Below, piece after piece: positions 1-8,624 of a stretch of 64,000 bases of DNA. The position numbers were made by a program, and so were the translations under genes. The notes under the pieces are model-generated. The model saw only the letters and a program-made list of their open reading frames with translations. It was not told where the DNA came from and made no database searches. This stretch comes from Candidatus Uhrbacteria bacterium (GTDB taxonomy: Bacteria > Patescibacteriota > Patescibacteriia > UBA9934 > GWF2-40-263), in the NCBI GenBank assembly GCA_016844925.1, contig JAERTI010000056.1, positions 96,533-160,532 on the forward strand, given 5' to 3'. Positions within the stretch are counted from its first letter, which is position 1; every line of letters starts with the position of its first letter.

Positions 1-1
1 T

Positions 2-487
<486 letters not shown>

Positions 488-489
488 CT

Positions 490-939
490 ATGAGCAAACT
501 TACTCTCTCCATCGTGACACCAGAGCGAACCGTCTATGAGGACGTGGTTGATTCAGTGTCTCTCATGACCGAGATGGGAGAGGTGACTGTGCTCCCAAAT
601 CACATTCCACTGGTAGCAACACTCCGTGCTGGTGAACTGCGTCTGCGCAAAGACAACATGGAACATCTGATGGTGGCATCCACGGGATTCCTGCAGGTGC
701 GCCCTGGTAACGAGATTGTTATCCTCGCTGACACTGCCGAGCGCGCTGACGAGCTTGACCTCACAAAGATTGAAGAAGCACGTGAGCGTGCACGTGAACT
801 TCTCGCGAAAAAGCGTGATATGGATGAAGTGGCCTTTGCCGATGCAGCTGCCATGATGGAACGCGAGCTGGCTCGACACCGCGTAGCTCTCAAGCGCAAG
901 AAGTATCGCGATGTGGGTGGAGCGAAGTTAGGACAATAA
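490..939 (+). CDS. atpC: ATP synthase F1 epsilon subunit
   Basis: 149 aa lying directly after atpD; N-terminal beta-sandwich (LSIVTPERTVYEDVVDSVSLMTEMGEVTVLPNHIPLVATL) and C-terminal helical hairpin typical of epsilon. Confidence 0.85.
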   Translation: MSKLTLSIVTPERTVYEDVVDSVSLMTEMGEVTVLPNHIPLVATLRAGELRLRKDNMEHLMVASTGFLQVRPGNEIVILADTAERADELDLTKIEEARERARELLAKKRDMDEVAFADAAAMMERELARHRVALKRKKYRDVGGAKLGQ

Positions 940-950
940 ACGAGTAGTAA

Positions 951-977
951 AAACAGGCATACAGGCCTGTTTTTTGG
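951..977 (+). terminator. rho-independent terminator after atpC
   Basis: Stem caggc/gcctg (954-969) followed by TTTTTT. Confidence 0.6.
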
Positions 978-1006
978 TTGACAAAACCCCTTATGGGCGG
1001 TATGTT
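978..1006 (+). promoter_or_regulatory. sigma70-like promoter for the GC-rich ACP-like cassette
   Basis: TTGACA (978-983), 17-bp spacer, TATGTT (1001-1006); GGAGG ribosome-binding site at 1030-1034, 7 nt before the ATG at 1042. Confidence 0.45.
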
Positions 1007-1041
1007 TTCGCCGTTCTGCTCAATGGAACGGAGGAAAGTCA

Positions 1042-1287
1042 ATGAAGGACATTGAAAACCAGGTCATCGACCTCGTGCGCGAGATCGTCTTGATGGGGCC
1101 GGGGGAGACGGTGAATCTCGATGATGCTCTTCGGGGGGACCTGGACTACGACAGTCTGGACATCGTCGAGCTTGTCATGGCCGCCGAGAAGAAATTCAAG
1201 GTCCAGATCACGGACGAAGATACCGACAACCTGAGCACCGTCCAGGACCTGGTAGACCACATCGTGCAGCTCAAGGCTGCGGCCTGA
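1042..1287 (+). CDS. acyl carrier protein-like (phosphopantetheine-binding) protein, lies in a GC-rich island
   Basis: 81 aa; DLDYDSLDIVELVMAAEKKFKVQITDED matches the ACP Ser-attachment motif (DSLD..VELVMA.EE.F.I.I.DE). Confidence 0.6.
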   Translation: MKDIENQVIDLVREIVLMGPGETVNLDDALRGDLDYDSLDIVELVMAAEKKFKVQITDEDTDNLSTVQDLVDHIVQLKAAA

Positions 1288-1295
1288 GCACGCCA

Positions 1296-1322
1296 ACCCC
1301 GCTACGCTGCGGGGATTTTTTG
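1296..1322 (+). terminator. rho-independent terminator after the ACP-like gene
   Basis: ccccgc-tacgct-gcgggg hairpin followed by ATTTTTTG. Confidence 0.55.
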
Positions 1323-1406
1323 TATGCGCTCGACAAAATAAGGTTCTTTTTGCTAAGGTCCTGCCATGCTCAATCCAGCATCGTGCTGGAGAATTACGGA
1401 GGTGAG

Positions 1407-1974
1407 CATGTTCGAGGACAGTTTCGCGCGGATGAGAGCCGACGAAGACGATGGTGGTGGTGAGACGCTGAGCCTCCTGCACATGATCAACGTTCGGCCC
1501 TTCGACATCGCGTCGGTGGAGGCCTACAAGGCACAGCAGATCAAGGAGAACACGCCGTTCATCCCGATGACCCCCGAGCGGGTCGCTCTGCTCGGCGAGG
1601 TCCTGAACCGTGGGGTCGCCCTGTCGATCGCCGCAGCGGGCGTGTGCGGCTTCCTGGCGCTCAGCGTCAGCAGCTGGTTCTGGCTGGCTCTGCCGCTGGC
1701 AGCCCTGCACGTGATCGCCGACATGTACATCTGGAACAAGTCCCTGCGCGGACACCCGAGCTGGCAGCGCGTCTCGCACGATGACTACGAGGACTTCATC
1801 CCGGTGCAGGTGCTCGGTGCTCTGGAGCGAGTGCGGGCCATGTTCCCGCGGGCCAGCTTCTACATCGACAAGCTGGTGCAGAACGAGACGATCATCGACC
1901 CCTTCCTGGTCGCCAACATCGACGGCGTCGACTACTACATCGCCGTCTGGGACGAGGACGACTTCCTGGTCTGA
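1407..1974 (+). CDS. hypothetical membrane protein (GC-rich island)
   Basis: ORF 1366..1974; preferred start MFEDSF at 1407 with GGAGGTGAGC just upstream; two predicted TM helices (ALSIAAAGVCGFLALSVSSWFWLALPLAALHVIA); no recognisable family. Confidence 0.4.
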
Positions 1975-1994
1975 CGGACCAAGGACAACGACAT

Positions 1995-2020
1995 GCGTGG
2001 GCTTGCCCCGCGCTTTTTTC
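1995..2020 (+). terminator. probable terminator closing the GC-rich cassette
   Basis: Imperfect GC-rich hairpin gcgtgggc..gccccgcgc followed by TTTTTT (2014-2019). Confidence 0.4.
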
Positions 2021-2063
2021 TTTGCTAGCCTCTGTTACGTTACTCATTGATTTTTACAGAACT

Positions 2064-2474
2064 ATGTCTCATGTGTGTTCGGCAGCGCTCGTGCGTTGTA
2101 TGGATTTTCGTCTCGGCTCTGCGATTCGTGATCATCTAACAGACGCAGGCTTGTACGATGACGTCGATATCATCTCCATCGCCGGCGCGGCAAAAGATAT
2201 CGCACAAGGAGAGGGAAGCTATGCAGAGGGTCAAGTGGATCTTTCCCACAAACTTCACGAAACGAAGACGGTTATTCTCATGAACCACACCGACTGTGGT
2301 GGCTATGGCGGACGCGCTGCGTTTGATTCAGACGAGGCGGAGCGTGCACAACATGAATCAGACCTACGAGCGGCTCGAGAGAAGCTTGTGGCGAAGCATG
2401 AGGGACTGGACGTGAAGATGGCGCTGGCGGTTATCGGCGCAGATGGAGGTGTCACTATTGAAGAAATCACCTAG
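2064..2474 (+). CDS. beta-class carbonic anhydrase-like protein (short form)
   Basis: Both beta-CA zinc-ligand motifs are present: C-x-D-x-R (RCMDFR) and H-x-x-C-G (NHTDCGG); start taken at MSHVCS (2064) within ORF 2022..2474. Confidence 0.5.
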   Translation: MSHVCSAALVRCMDFRLGSAIRDHLTDAGLYDDVDIISIAGAAKDIAQGEGSYAEGQVDLSHKLHETKTVILMNHTDCGGYGGRAAFDSDEAERAQHESDLRAAREKLVAKHEGLDVKMALAVIGADGGVTIEEIT

Positions 2475-2482
2475 AACATGAG

Positions 2483-2505
2483 CAGGGTCTGCGGACCCTG
2501 TTTTG
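2483..2505 (+). terminator. rho-independent terminator
   Basis: cagggtc-tgcg-gaccctg hairpin followed by TTTT. Confidence 0.5.
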
Positions 2506-2514
2506 TGTTAAACT

Positions 2515-5454
2515 GTGGCCGTTATGGAGACCGATTTACTCGCCAAATTGAACGACCAGCAACGTGAGGCCGTGACACATGTCGAAGGTCCATTGATGAT
2601 TGTTGCGGGTGCCGGAACGGGAAAAACGACCGTGGTGACACATCGCATTGCCTGGCTTATCGATCAAGGTCACGCTAAGCCTGAGGAGATCCTGGCACTG
2701 ACATTTACAGATAAAGCCGCGGGGGAGATGGAAGAGCGTGTCGATCGGCTCCTGCCATATGGGTACGTCGATCTACAAATCTCGACCTTTCATTCGTTTG
2801 CTGAAAGTTTGCTTCGAGAACGGGGTGTAGAGATGGGGCTCTCACGAGACTTCCGGTTAGCGAATGAACTCGATGCCTGGCTCCTAGCCCGTCAGAATTT
2901 TGATCGGTTTAATCTCAATCACTTCCGTCCGCTCGGGAACCCAACAAAGTACATTCGTTCACTGCTGACACACTTCTCACGCGCAAAGGATGTCGGGGTT
3001 GGTCCTGAAGAGTACATGGCACATGTTGAGGGCATGAAGGCGGACCTCGATGGAGCGCAGGCGGGAGATGAAGTGACGGCTGAGATTGCACGCCTTGAGG
3101 AGCTTGCCGGAGCCTATGTGACCTACCAACAGATTCTCTTAGAGAACGACTGTCTGGATTTCGGCGACCTCATGCTCTACACGCTCAAGCTTCTGAGGGA
3201 GCGCCCCGGCGTACTCGAGTCTTTGCGAGCGCAGTATCCGTTTGTGCTCGTCGATGAGTTTCAGGATACAAACGACGCGCAGTATGAGATCGTCAGAACC
3301 ATCGCATCGCCGCGCAACAACATTACGGTGGTGGGGGATGATGACCAATCCATTTATAAGTTTCGTGGAGCTTCTCTCGCGAATATTCTTCGTTACGAGG
3401 CAGACTATCCAGGTGCTAAGAAGGTGGTGCTCAACACAAACTATCGAAGCGTGCAGTCTATTCTTGATCATGCGCACGACTTTATTCAGCACAATAACCC
3501 GAACCGTCTTGAGGCCTCAGGGGGCTTGTCAAAGAAGCTCGTCGCACATGCAGGGGGTGACGGTCGAATCGAGCACCTGCACTGCACGACGGCCACAGAA
3601 GAAGTGAAACGGGTTGTCGACACGATTTTGAACCTCAGAAAAGACACGCAAGCCGATTGGAGCGACTTTGCCATTCTCGTGCGTTCGAACAGTGCAGGAA
3701 CGGATTTCGCTCAGGCTCTCGAAAGACACCGCATTCCATTTCAGTTCCTTGCTCTATCAGGGCTCTACACGAAGCCAGCGATTCTAGACATGATGGCGTA
3801 CCTACGCTCACTTGATGACGCGTTTGATTCCCCAAGTTTTTACAGGCTCCTGGTGAGCCCATTGTGCGGCATCAGTGAACGTGGAGTCATGGAGTTGAAC
3901 CGCATGGCCAGACGCAAGGGAAGATCCTTATTTGAGGCCTGTGAGGGGGCTCAGATGATGGATCAACTCCTTGTTGATGACCAGGTAAAGATTCGAAGAT
4001 TACTTCAGGACCGTGAGCGATTCGCTCGAGAGGCGCGAACACGTCCTGTGGGCGAGCTCTTCGTGCTCGTAGCGAAGGAGAGTGGGTACCTTGAGCACTT
4101 AAATACACTTCCAGAACGAGAGAAGCTCGAGGCCTTTGGATTTCTTCAGCAGTTCTATCAACGTCTCAAATCGTTTGAGCGTCGAGACGAGCACCCAATC
4201 CTTCACCGGTTCCTGGCAGAGTTTGCTCATGAGCGTGACGCTGGCGAGGAAGGCTCACTTTCGATCGACTTAGAGGACGGCCCTGACATGATCAAGATTA
4301 TGACCGTGCACGCAGCCAAGGGGCTCGAGTTTAAGTATGTGTTTGTCGTGAACCTTGTCGCCCAACGATTCCCCACACGCGCACGTAGCGACGCTATCCC
4401 GTTGCCAGAAGGGTTGGGATCAAGTGCACCCGATGGAGCAAATGCTCACATTGAAGAAGAGCGCCGGTTGTTTTACGTAGCGATGACACGGGCTAAGGAG
4501 GGATTGTTCTTGTGTTCTGCTGAGGATTACGGAGGAGCAAGAAAAAGAAAAGTTTCTCGCTTTTTATCGGAGCTCGGTTATGGGGAATCTGCCGCCGTTG
4601 GAAGAGAGACAATCGTACTCATTGATGAAGATACGGGTGAGGGGATGGTCGATGTGGCATCGGACAATCCACGGCTTCCTATCCCAAAGCAATTTTCTTT
4701 CACACAGCTCGCTGCATTCAAGACGTGCCCGTTGCAATACAAGTTCGCGCACGTGCTCAAAGTGCCCGTGATGGGGAAGTGGACGTTTAGTTATGGAAAG
4801 ACCATGCACAACACACTCCAGAGATTCTTTGTGCTCTGGCTTGAGAGAACAGGAACACAACAGGCAAGTCTGTTTGATGCGGCACCTGCTCACGTTGAAG
4901 GAACGCCTGTATCGATGGAGGAGCTTATGGAGGCGTATGCAGCGTGTTGGCAGGATGATTGGTATGTCAATGACAGGCAGCGCGAGGAGTATCGGGAAGA
5001 GGGACGCAAATCGCTCCGTGCCTACTACAAGCTGATCGAACAAGAGCCACCAACACCGTTTTCCATCGAGCAGGGCTTCACACTCAAACTGGGGGATGTG
5101 GTACTTAAGGGGCGCATTGACCGCATGGATGCGTTTGAAGACGGCGTTGAAATCATCGATTACAAAACTGGTACGCCGAAAACGAAACTCGATAAGGGAA
5201 GTAAAGAGCAGCTTTTGCTATATCAACTTGCTGCAAGAGACGTACTTGGTCTGAATCCGAAGAAGCTGACGTTCCACTACCTGAAAGACAACTCTCAAGT
5301 TTCATTTCTTGGCTCGGACCAAGATCTACTGGATCTGCAGGAGTCCATGGTTGATCGCGTGCAGTCGATTCGCTCGTCAGTATTTAACGCAACGCCAGGG
5401 TTTCATTGTAAGTTTTGTGACTTCGCGGACATCTGTGAATATCGTCAGAGGTAA
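2515..5454 (+). CDS. UvrD/PcrA-family superfamily-1 helicase with a C-terminal PD-(D/E)XK (RecB/Cas4-like) nuclease domain
   Basis: Walker A (GAGTGKTTVV), UvrD motifs (VLVDEFQDTN, VVGDDDQSIYKFRGA, MTVHAAKGLEF); the C-terminus has a nuclease core (GRIDRMD...IIDYKTG) and a Cys cluster (CPLQYK...HCKFCDFADIC). Confidence 0.85.
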   Translation: MAVMETDLLAKLNDQQREAVTHVEGPLMIVAGAGTGKTTVVTHRIAWLIDQGHAKPEEILALTFTDKAAGEMEERVDRLLPYGYVDLQISTFHSFAESLLRERGVEMGLSRDFRLANELDAWLLARQNFDRFNLNHFRPLGNPTKYIRSLLTHFSRAKDVGVGPEEYMAHVEGMKADLDGAQAGDEVTAEIARLEELAGAYVTYQQILLENDCLDFGDLMLYTLKLLRERPGVLESLRAQYPFVLVDEFQDTNDAQYEIVRTIASPRNNITVVGDDDQSIYKFRGASLANILRYEADYPGAKKVVLNTNYRSVQSILDHAHDFIQHNNPNRLEASGGLSKKLVAHAGGDGRIEHLHCTTATEEVKRVVDTILNLRKDTQADWSDFAILVRSNSAGTDFAQALERHRIPFQFLALSGLYTKPAILDMMAYLRSLDDAFDSPSFYRLLVSPLCGISERGVMELNRMARRKGRSLFEACEGAQMMDQLLVDDQVKIRRLLQDRERFAREARTRPVGELFVLVAKESGYLEHLNTLPEREKLEAFGFLQQFYQRLKSFERRDEHPILHRFLAEFAHERDAGEEGSLSIDLEDGPDMIKIMTVHAAKGLEFKYVFVVNLVAQRFPTRARSDAIPLPEGLGSSAPDGANAHIEEERRLFYVAMTRAKEGLFLCSAEDYGGARKRKVSRFLSELGYGESAAVGRETIVLIDEDTGEGMVDVASDNPRLPIPKQFSFTQLAAFKTCPLQYKFAHVLKVPVMGKWTFSYGKTMHNTLQRFFVLWLERTGTQQASLFDAAPAHVEGTPVSMEELMEAYAACWQDDWYVNDRQREEYREEGRKSLRAYYKLIEQEPPTPFSIEQGFTLKLGDVVLKGRIDRMDAFEDGVEIIDYKTGTPKTKLDKGSKEQLLLYQLAARDVLGLNPKKLTFHYLKDNSQVSFLGSDQDLLDLQESMVDRVQSIRSSVFNATPGFHCKFCDFADICEYRQR

Positions 5455-5474
5455 ATCTGCTAAAATAGACCCCT

Positions 5475-5801
5475 ATGGGCATATCTTCACTTAGAGATCT
5501 GTTGTCTGGCTCGGTCGGGCGCGCAGGCATTCGCAAGTCAGTGACGGCTTCCATGATCGTGGAAGCAGCCAACAAAATGCTGCCGACGTACCTACCAGGC
5601 GACAGGCGCGAAGACGCCAAGGCTGTATCCTTTCGAAACGGTGTCCTTCGGGTACAGCTTAAAACATCAGCAGCGCGATTCTCGTTTAGAGGACATGAGG
5701 AGAAGCTCCTGAAGAAATTGTCAGAAGAGTTCCCAACAGCGAACATAAAAAAAATCTCTACGTTCATTTCACGCAATCCAATCCGCTATGAGTTTTCGTA
5801 G
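5475..5801 (+). CDS. DUF721/DciA-like small protein
   Basis: 108 aa; the pattern AKAVSFRNGVLRVQLKTSAARFSFRGHEEKLLKKL resembles the DUF721 core (..dG.L.V.v.ssaWa.eLsf....il.kl). Confidence 0.35.
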   Translation: MGISSLRDLLSGSVGRAGIRKSVTASMIVEAANKMLPTYLPGDRREDAKAVSFRNGVLRVQLKTSAARFSFRGHEEKLLKKLSEEFPTANIKKISTFISRNPIRYEFS

Positions 5802-6168
5802 TTACCTCATCCTCATGTCCATCGCGAGTGTGGCCGCTTGGATTGCCTGGGCGGTTGTTCTTCATGGTGTGGATCCAAGTTTGTCTGGACAGATGGGATA
5901 CATTCTTTTTTACCTCACACTTTCCATTGCGCTATTCGGAACGATATCTGTGTTTGGCGTGCTTATACGCCTGTGGAAAGATCGCACAGCCATTGCAGTG
6001 CGAGTGACAATGCAAGCATTTCGTCAGGCGCTACTGCTGACGGCTCTATTTATCGGTTCATTGGTACTCTTTTCTCAGGGCTGGTTTCGGTGGTGGACCA
6101 TGCTGTTAGTGGTCATTATCGTCTCATTTATTGAGCTTGCCTTTGTTTCGAAAAAGCACCGGCATTGA
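5788..6168 (+). CDS. hypothetical integral membrane protein
   Basis: 126 aa with 4 predicted TM helices; start overlaps the previous stop. Confidence 0.35.
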   Translation: MSFRSYLILMSIASVAAWIAWAVVLHGVDPSLSGQMGYILFYLTLSIALFGTISVFGVLIRLWKDRTAIAVRVTMQAFRQALLLTALFIGSLVLFSQGWFRWWTMLLVVIIVSFIELAFVSKKHRH

Positions 6169-6223
6169 ACACAATTTGGGTGCAACGATAGGGTTGCTCC
6201 GGTGAGAGGCAGAAGGTAGAATC

Positions 6224-7303
6224 ATGGAGACATTGGGTCTTCAATTTTTTATGCTCAACAAATTTTTCGGACATTTTTCAAAAGACCTGGGAATCGATCT
6301 GGGTACGTCGAACACGCTTGTCTACTCCAAAGATGGTGGCATTGTGATTAACGAACCGTCGATCGTATCCATCAACACAAGAACCGATCAGATCTTGTCG
6401 GTGGGGAAGGACTCAAAGGACATGCTCGGTAAGACGCCGCCGCACATCATCACATCTAAGCCGTTGTCTAAGGGCGTAATCTCTGACTTTGAGGTGACGG
6501 AGAAAATGCTGAAGTACTTTATCGACAAAGTACACGACCAGTCGTTCACGATTGTTCCACGACCAAGCATTGTTATCGGGGTCCCGCTTGAAACAACAGA
6601 GGTGGAGCGTAAAGCCATCGAAGACGCGGCGCTCTCTGCTGGTGCTCGGAAGGTGCACATGGTTGAGAACCCAATGCTCGCTGCCCTCGGTGCGCGACTT
6701 CCGCTTTCAGAGTCTGTTGGAATGATGGTCGTAGATATTGGGGGAGGAACCACAGAGATTGCCGTCATGTCCCTGGCAGGTGTTGTTACCTGGAAGTCAC
6801 TCGACATCGCTGGCGACGAAATGAACAAGAATATTATTCAGTACGCCCGCGACCAATTTAATCTTCTTCTTGGTGAGCGAATTGCTGAGCGCCTCAAGAT
6901 GCGCATCGGAACAGCCATGGAACCGGAGGAGCCATTGGAGATTGAAATGCGTGGTCGTGACCTGTTGAGCGGGCTTCCGAAGGAAATCATCATTAATGAC
7001 ACACAAGTACGTGAGGCCATTCACCGTTCCGTACGGACAATTGTTGAAAGCGTGAAAGCAACACTTGAACAGACACCACCGGAACTGGTTGCGGACATTT
7101 ACGAGCGTGGGATTGTTCTAACGGGTGGGGGAGCATTGCTTAGAGGACTGGATAAACTGATTTCACGACAGGCTGCCATCCCAGTGCGTGTCGCAGAGGA
7201 CCCTCTTACCTGTGTTGTACGTGGTGCAGGACTGCTTCTTGAGGACCCACAACTTCTCAAGGACATCACATTGCCATCTGCTTCGGAGGGAAGCATTATT
7301 TAG
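6224..7303 (+). CDS. mreB: rod shape-determining protein MreB
   Basis: Actin-fold motifs DLGIDLGTSNTLVY and VVDIGGGTTEIAV; the true start may be the internal ATG at 6254 (MLNKFF...). Confidence 0.9.
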   Translation: METLGLQFFMLNKFFGHFSKDLGIDLGTSNTLVYSKDGGIVINEPSIVSINTRTDQILSVGKDSKDMLGKTPPHIITSKPLSKGVISDFEVTEKMLKYFIDKVHDQSFTIVPRPSIVIGVPLETTEVERKAIEDAALSAGARKVHMVENPMLAALGARLPLSESVGMMVVDIGGGTTEIAVMSLAGVVTWKSLDIAGDEMNKNIIQYARDQFNLLLGERIAERLKMRIGTAMEPEEPLEIEMRGRDLLSGLPKEIIINDTQVREAIHRSVRTIVESVKATLEQTPPELVADIYERGIVLTGGGALLRGLDKLISRQAAIPVRVAEDPLTCVVRGAGLLLEDPQLLKDITLPSASEGSII

Positions 7304-7306
7304 TCT

Positions 7307-8110
7307 ATGAAACTACGCGGTTCGCGCCGCGGTAGACGGCGCCTCATCATTGTCCTGCTATTCCTTCTTCTTGCATCCGTCTTTACATTTCGAGGTGTTG
7401 TTGCGCGCATCATTGAGCCTAGTTCCGTACAATTGACTGAGGCGGCAACATGGATTTATGAACGGGTCTTCTGGTTTGTGACGGCTGGTGAAATTACCCC
7501 AGAAGAGTTAGAGGTGCTCTATGAGCAGCGTGACGCGTTAGCGATCGATAAAGCCGCGTTTGAAGAGCTTCAAATAAAGCATGCGGAAACCTTGGCCCTG
7601 CTCGGCTATAGAGACAGGACGGAGACTGAAGGGATCGTTGCTCAGATTATGGCAAAGACCATCTCTGGAACCACGGCCACATTTGTTATTACTGTTGGTG
7701 AGGATGACGGGGTCACTGTCGGGGATCCGGTGATTGTTGGTGGAGGAATTCTTTTAGGAAAAATTGCGTCTACGGGAAGCACCACCTCAACCGTTACAGC
7801 TCTGACAGATACGGGCTATGCAACTGCTGTGACCTTGTTTAATGAAAGTCGAACCATTGGCATGGCCTCTGGGACGATTGGGGACTTACTGGAAATCACC
7901 TTTATTCCAACGGATGAATTCCTGGAACCCAACATGATTGTCGTAACATCAGGGCTAGAGGAATCTGTTCCCAGTGGGCTCCTTGTTGGGGTGATTAACA
8001 CGGTCCAAGAAGATCAAACATCACCATTTCAAACGGCCATTGTCGAACCTCTGGCAGACATGAGGCGCGCCTCGAGTGTTCTTGTACTGCCGCAACAGTC
8101 GTATGATTAA
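7307..8110 (+). CDS. mreC: rod shape-determining protein MreC
   Basis: N-terminal TM helix, coiled-coil region, C-terminal beta domain (GDPVIVGGG...SGLLVGVI); lies immediately after mreB. Confidence 0.7.
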   Translation: MKLRGSRRGRRRLIIVLLFLLLASVFTFRGVVARIIEPSSVQLTEAATWIYERVFWFVTAGEITPEELEVLYEQRDALAIDKAAFEELQIKHAETLALLGYRDRTETEGIVAQIMAKTISGTTATFVITVGEDDGVTVGDPVIVGGGILLGKIASTGSTTSTVTALTDTGYATAVTLFNESRTIGMASGTIGDLLEITFIPTDEFLEPNMIVVTSGLEESVPSGLLVGVINTVQEDQTSPFQTAIVEPLADMRRASSVLVLPQQSYD

Positions 8111-8621
8111 AACACTTCTTTACCTCGCAGCTTTTCTGACGCTCTTTACACTCGAGGTGAGTTTTATCCATGCGCTACCTGTTCCATTTGATCGAATGCC
8201 GCTGATGCTAACGAGCGTCGTCTTTTTATACCTCTATGTAGGTTTCCCAGCGGTGCTTTGGTGGCTGATCTTTCACGGCATACTGCTTCAGGTGTTTGTT
8301 TTAGACTTCGCTCCATTCCATCTCTTAGCCTACATTGCCGCTGCAATCGTCACCGTGCTGGCATCCAAGCACGTATTCTCCAACCGATCATTTTATGGCG
8401 TCGCCTCAACAACAGCGCTAGCCATTGTTACGGTACTTCTCGTGGAGATTCTCCTTTCTGTGATTGGTACATTCTTCGGGCAGGTTTCTGTGCCTTTTGG
8501 CATATTGCTACACGTGCGCCTGTGGGGAATTGCCTTGAGTGCGCTTGTTCTTCTGCTCTTGTTTCCTTTATCGACAAAACTCCGAGGAGCTTTACACTCA
8601 CTATTTCAACACTACACTTAA
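8103..8621 (+). CDS. mreD: rod shape-determining protein MreD-like membrane protein
   Basis: Small polytopic membrane protein between mreC and the PBP2 gene; ORF 8076..8621, with the internal start at 8103 giving the smaller overlap. Confidence 0.5.
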   Translation: MIKTLLYLAAFLTLFTLEVSFIHALPVPFDRMPLMLTSVVFLYLYVGFPAVLWWLIFHGILLQVFVLDFAPFHLLAYIAAAIVTVLASKHVFSNRSFYGVASTTALAIVTVLLVEILLSVIGTFFGQVSVPFGILLHVRLWGIALSALVLLLLFPLSTKLRGALHSLFQHYT

Positions 8622-8624
8622 GAC

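Noticed and set aside
1039-1779. 246-aa minus-strand ORF spanning the ACP-like and membrane-protein genes
   Set aside because: Pro/Arg/His-rich shadow ORF typical of high-GC DNA, antisense to two ORFs with real motifs, with no ribosome-binding site.
4564-5043. 159-aa minus-strand ORF antisense to the helicase-nuclease gene
   Set aside because: Embedded in a gene with strong motifs on the other strand.
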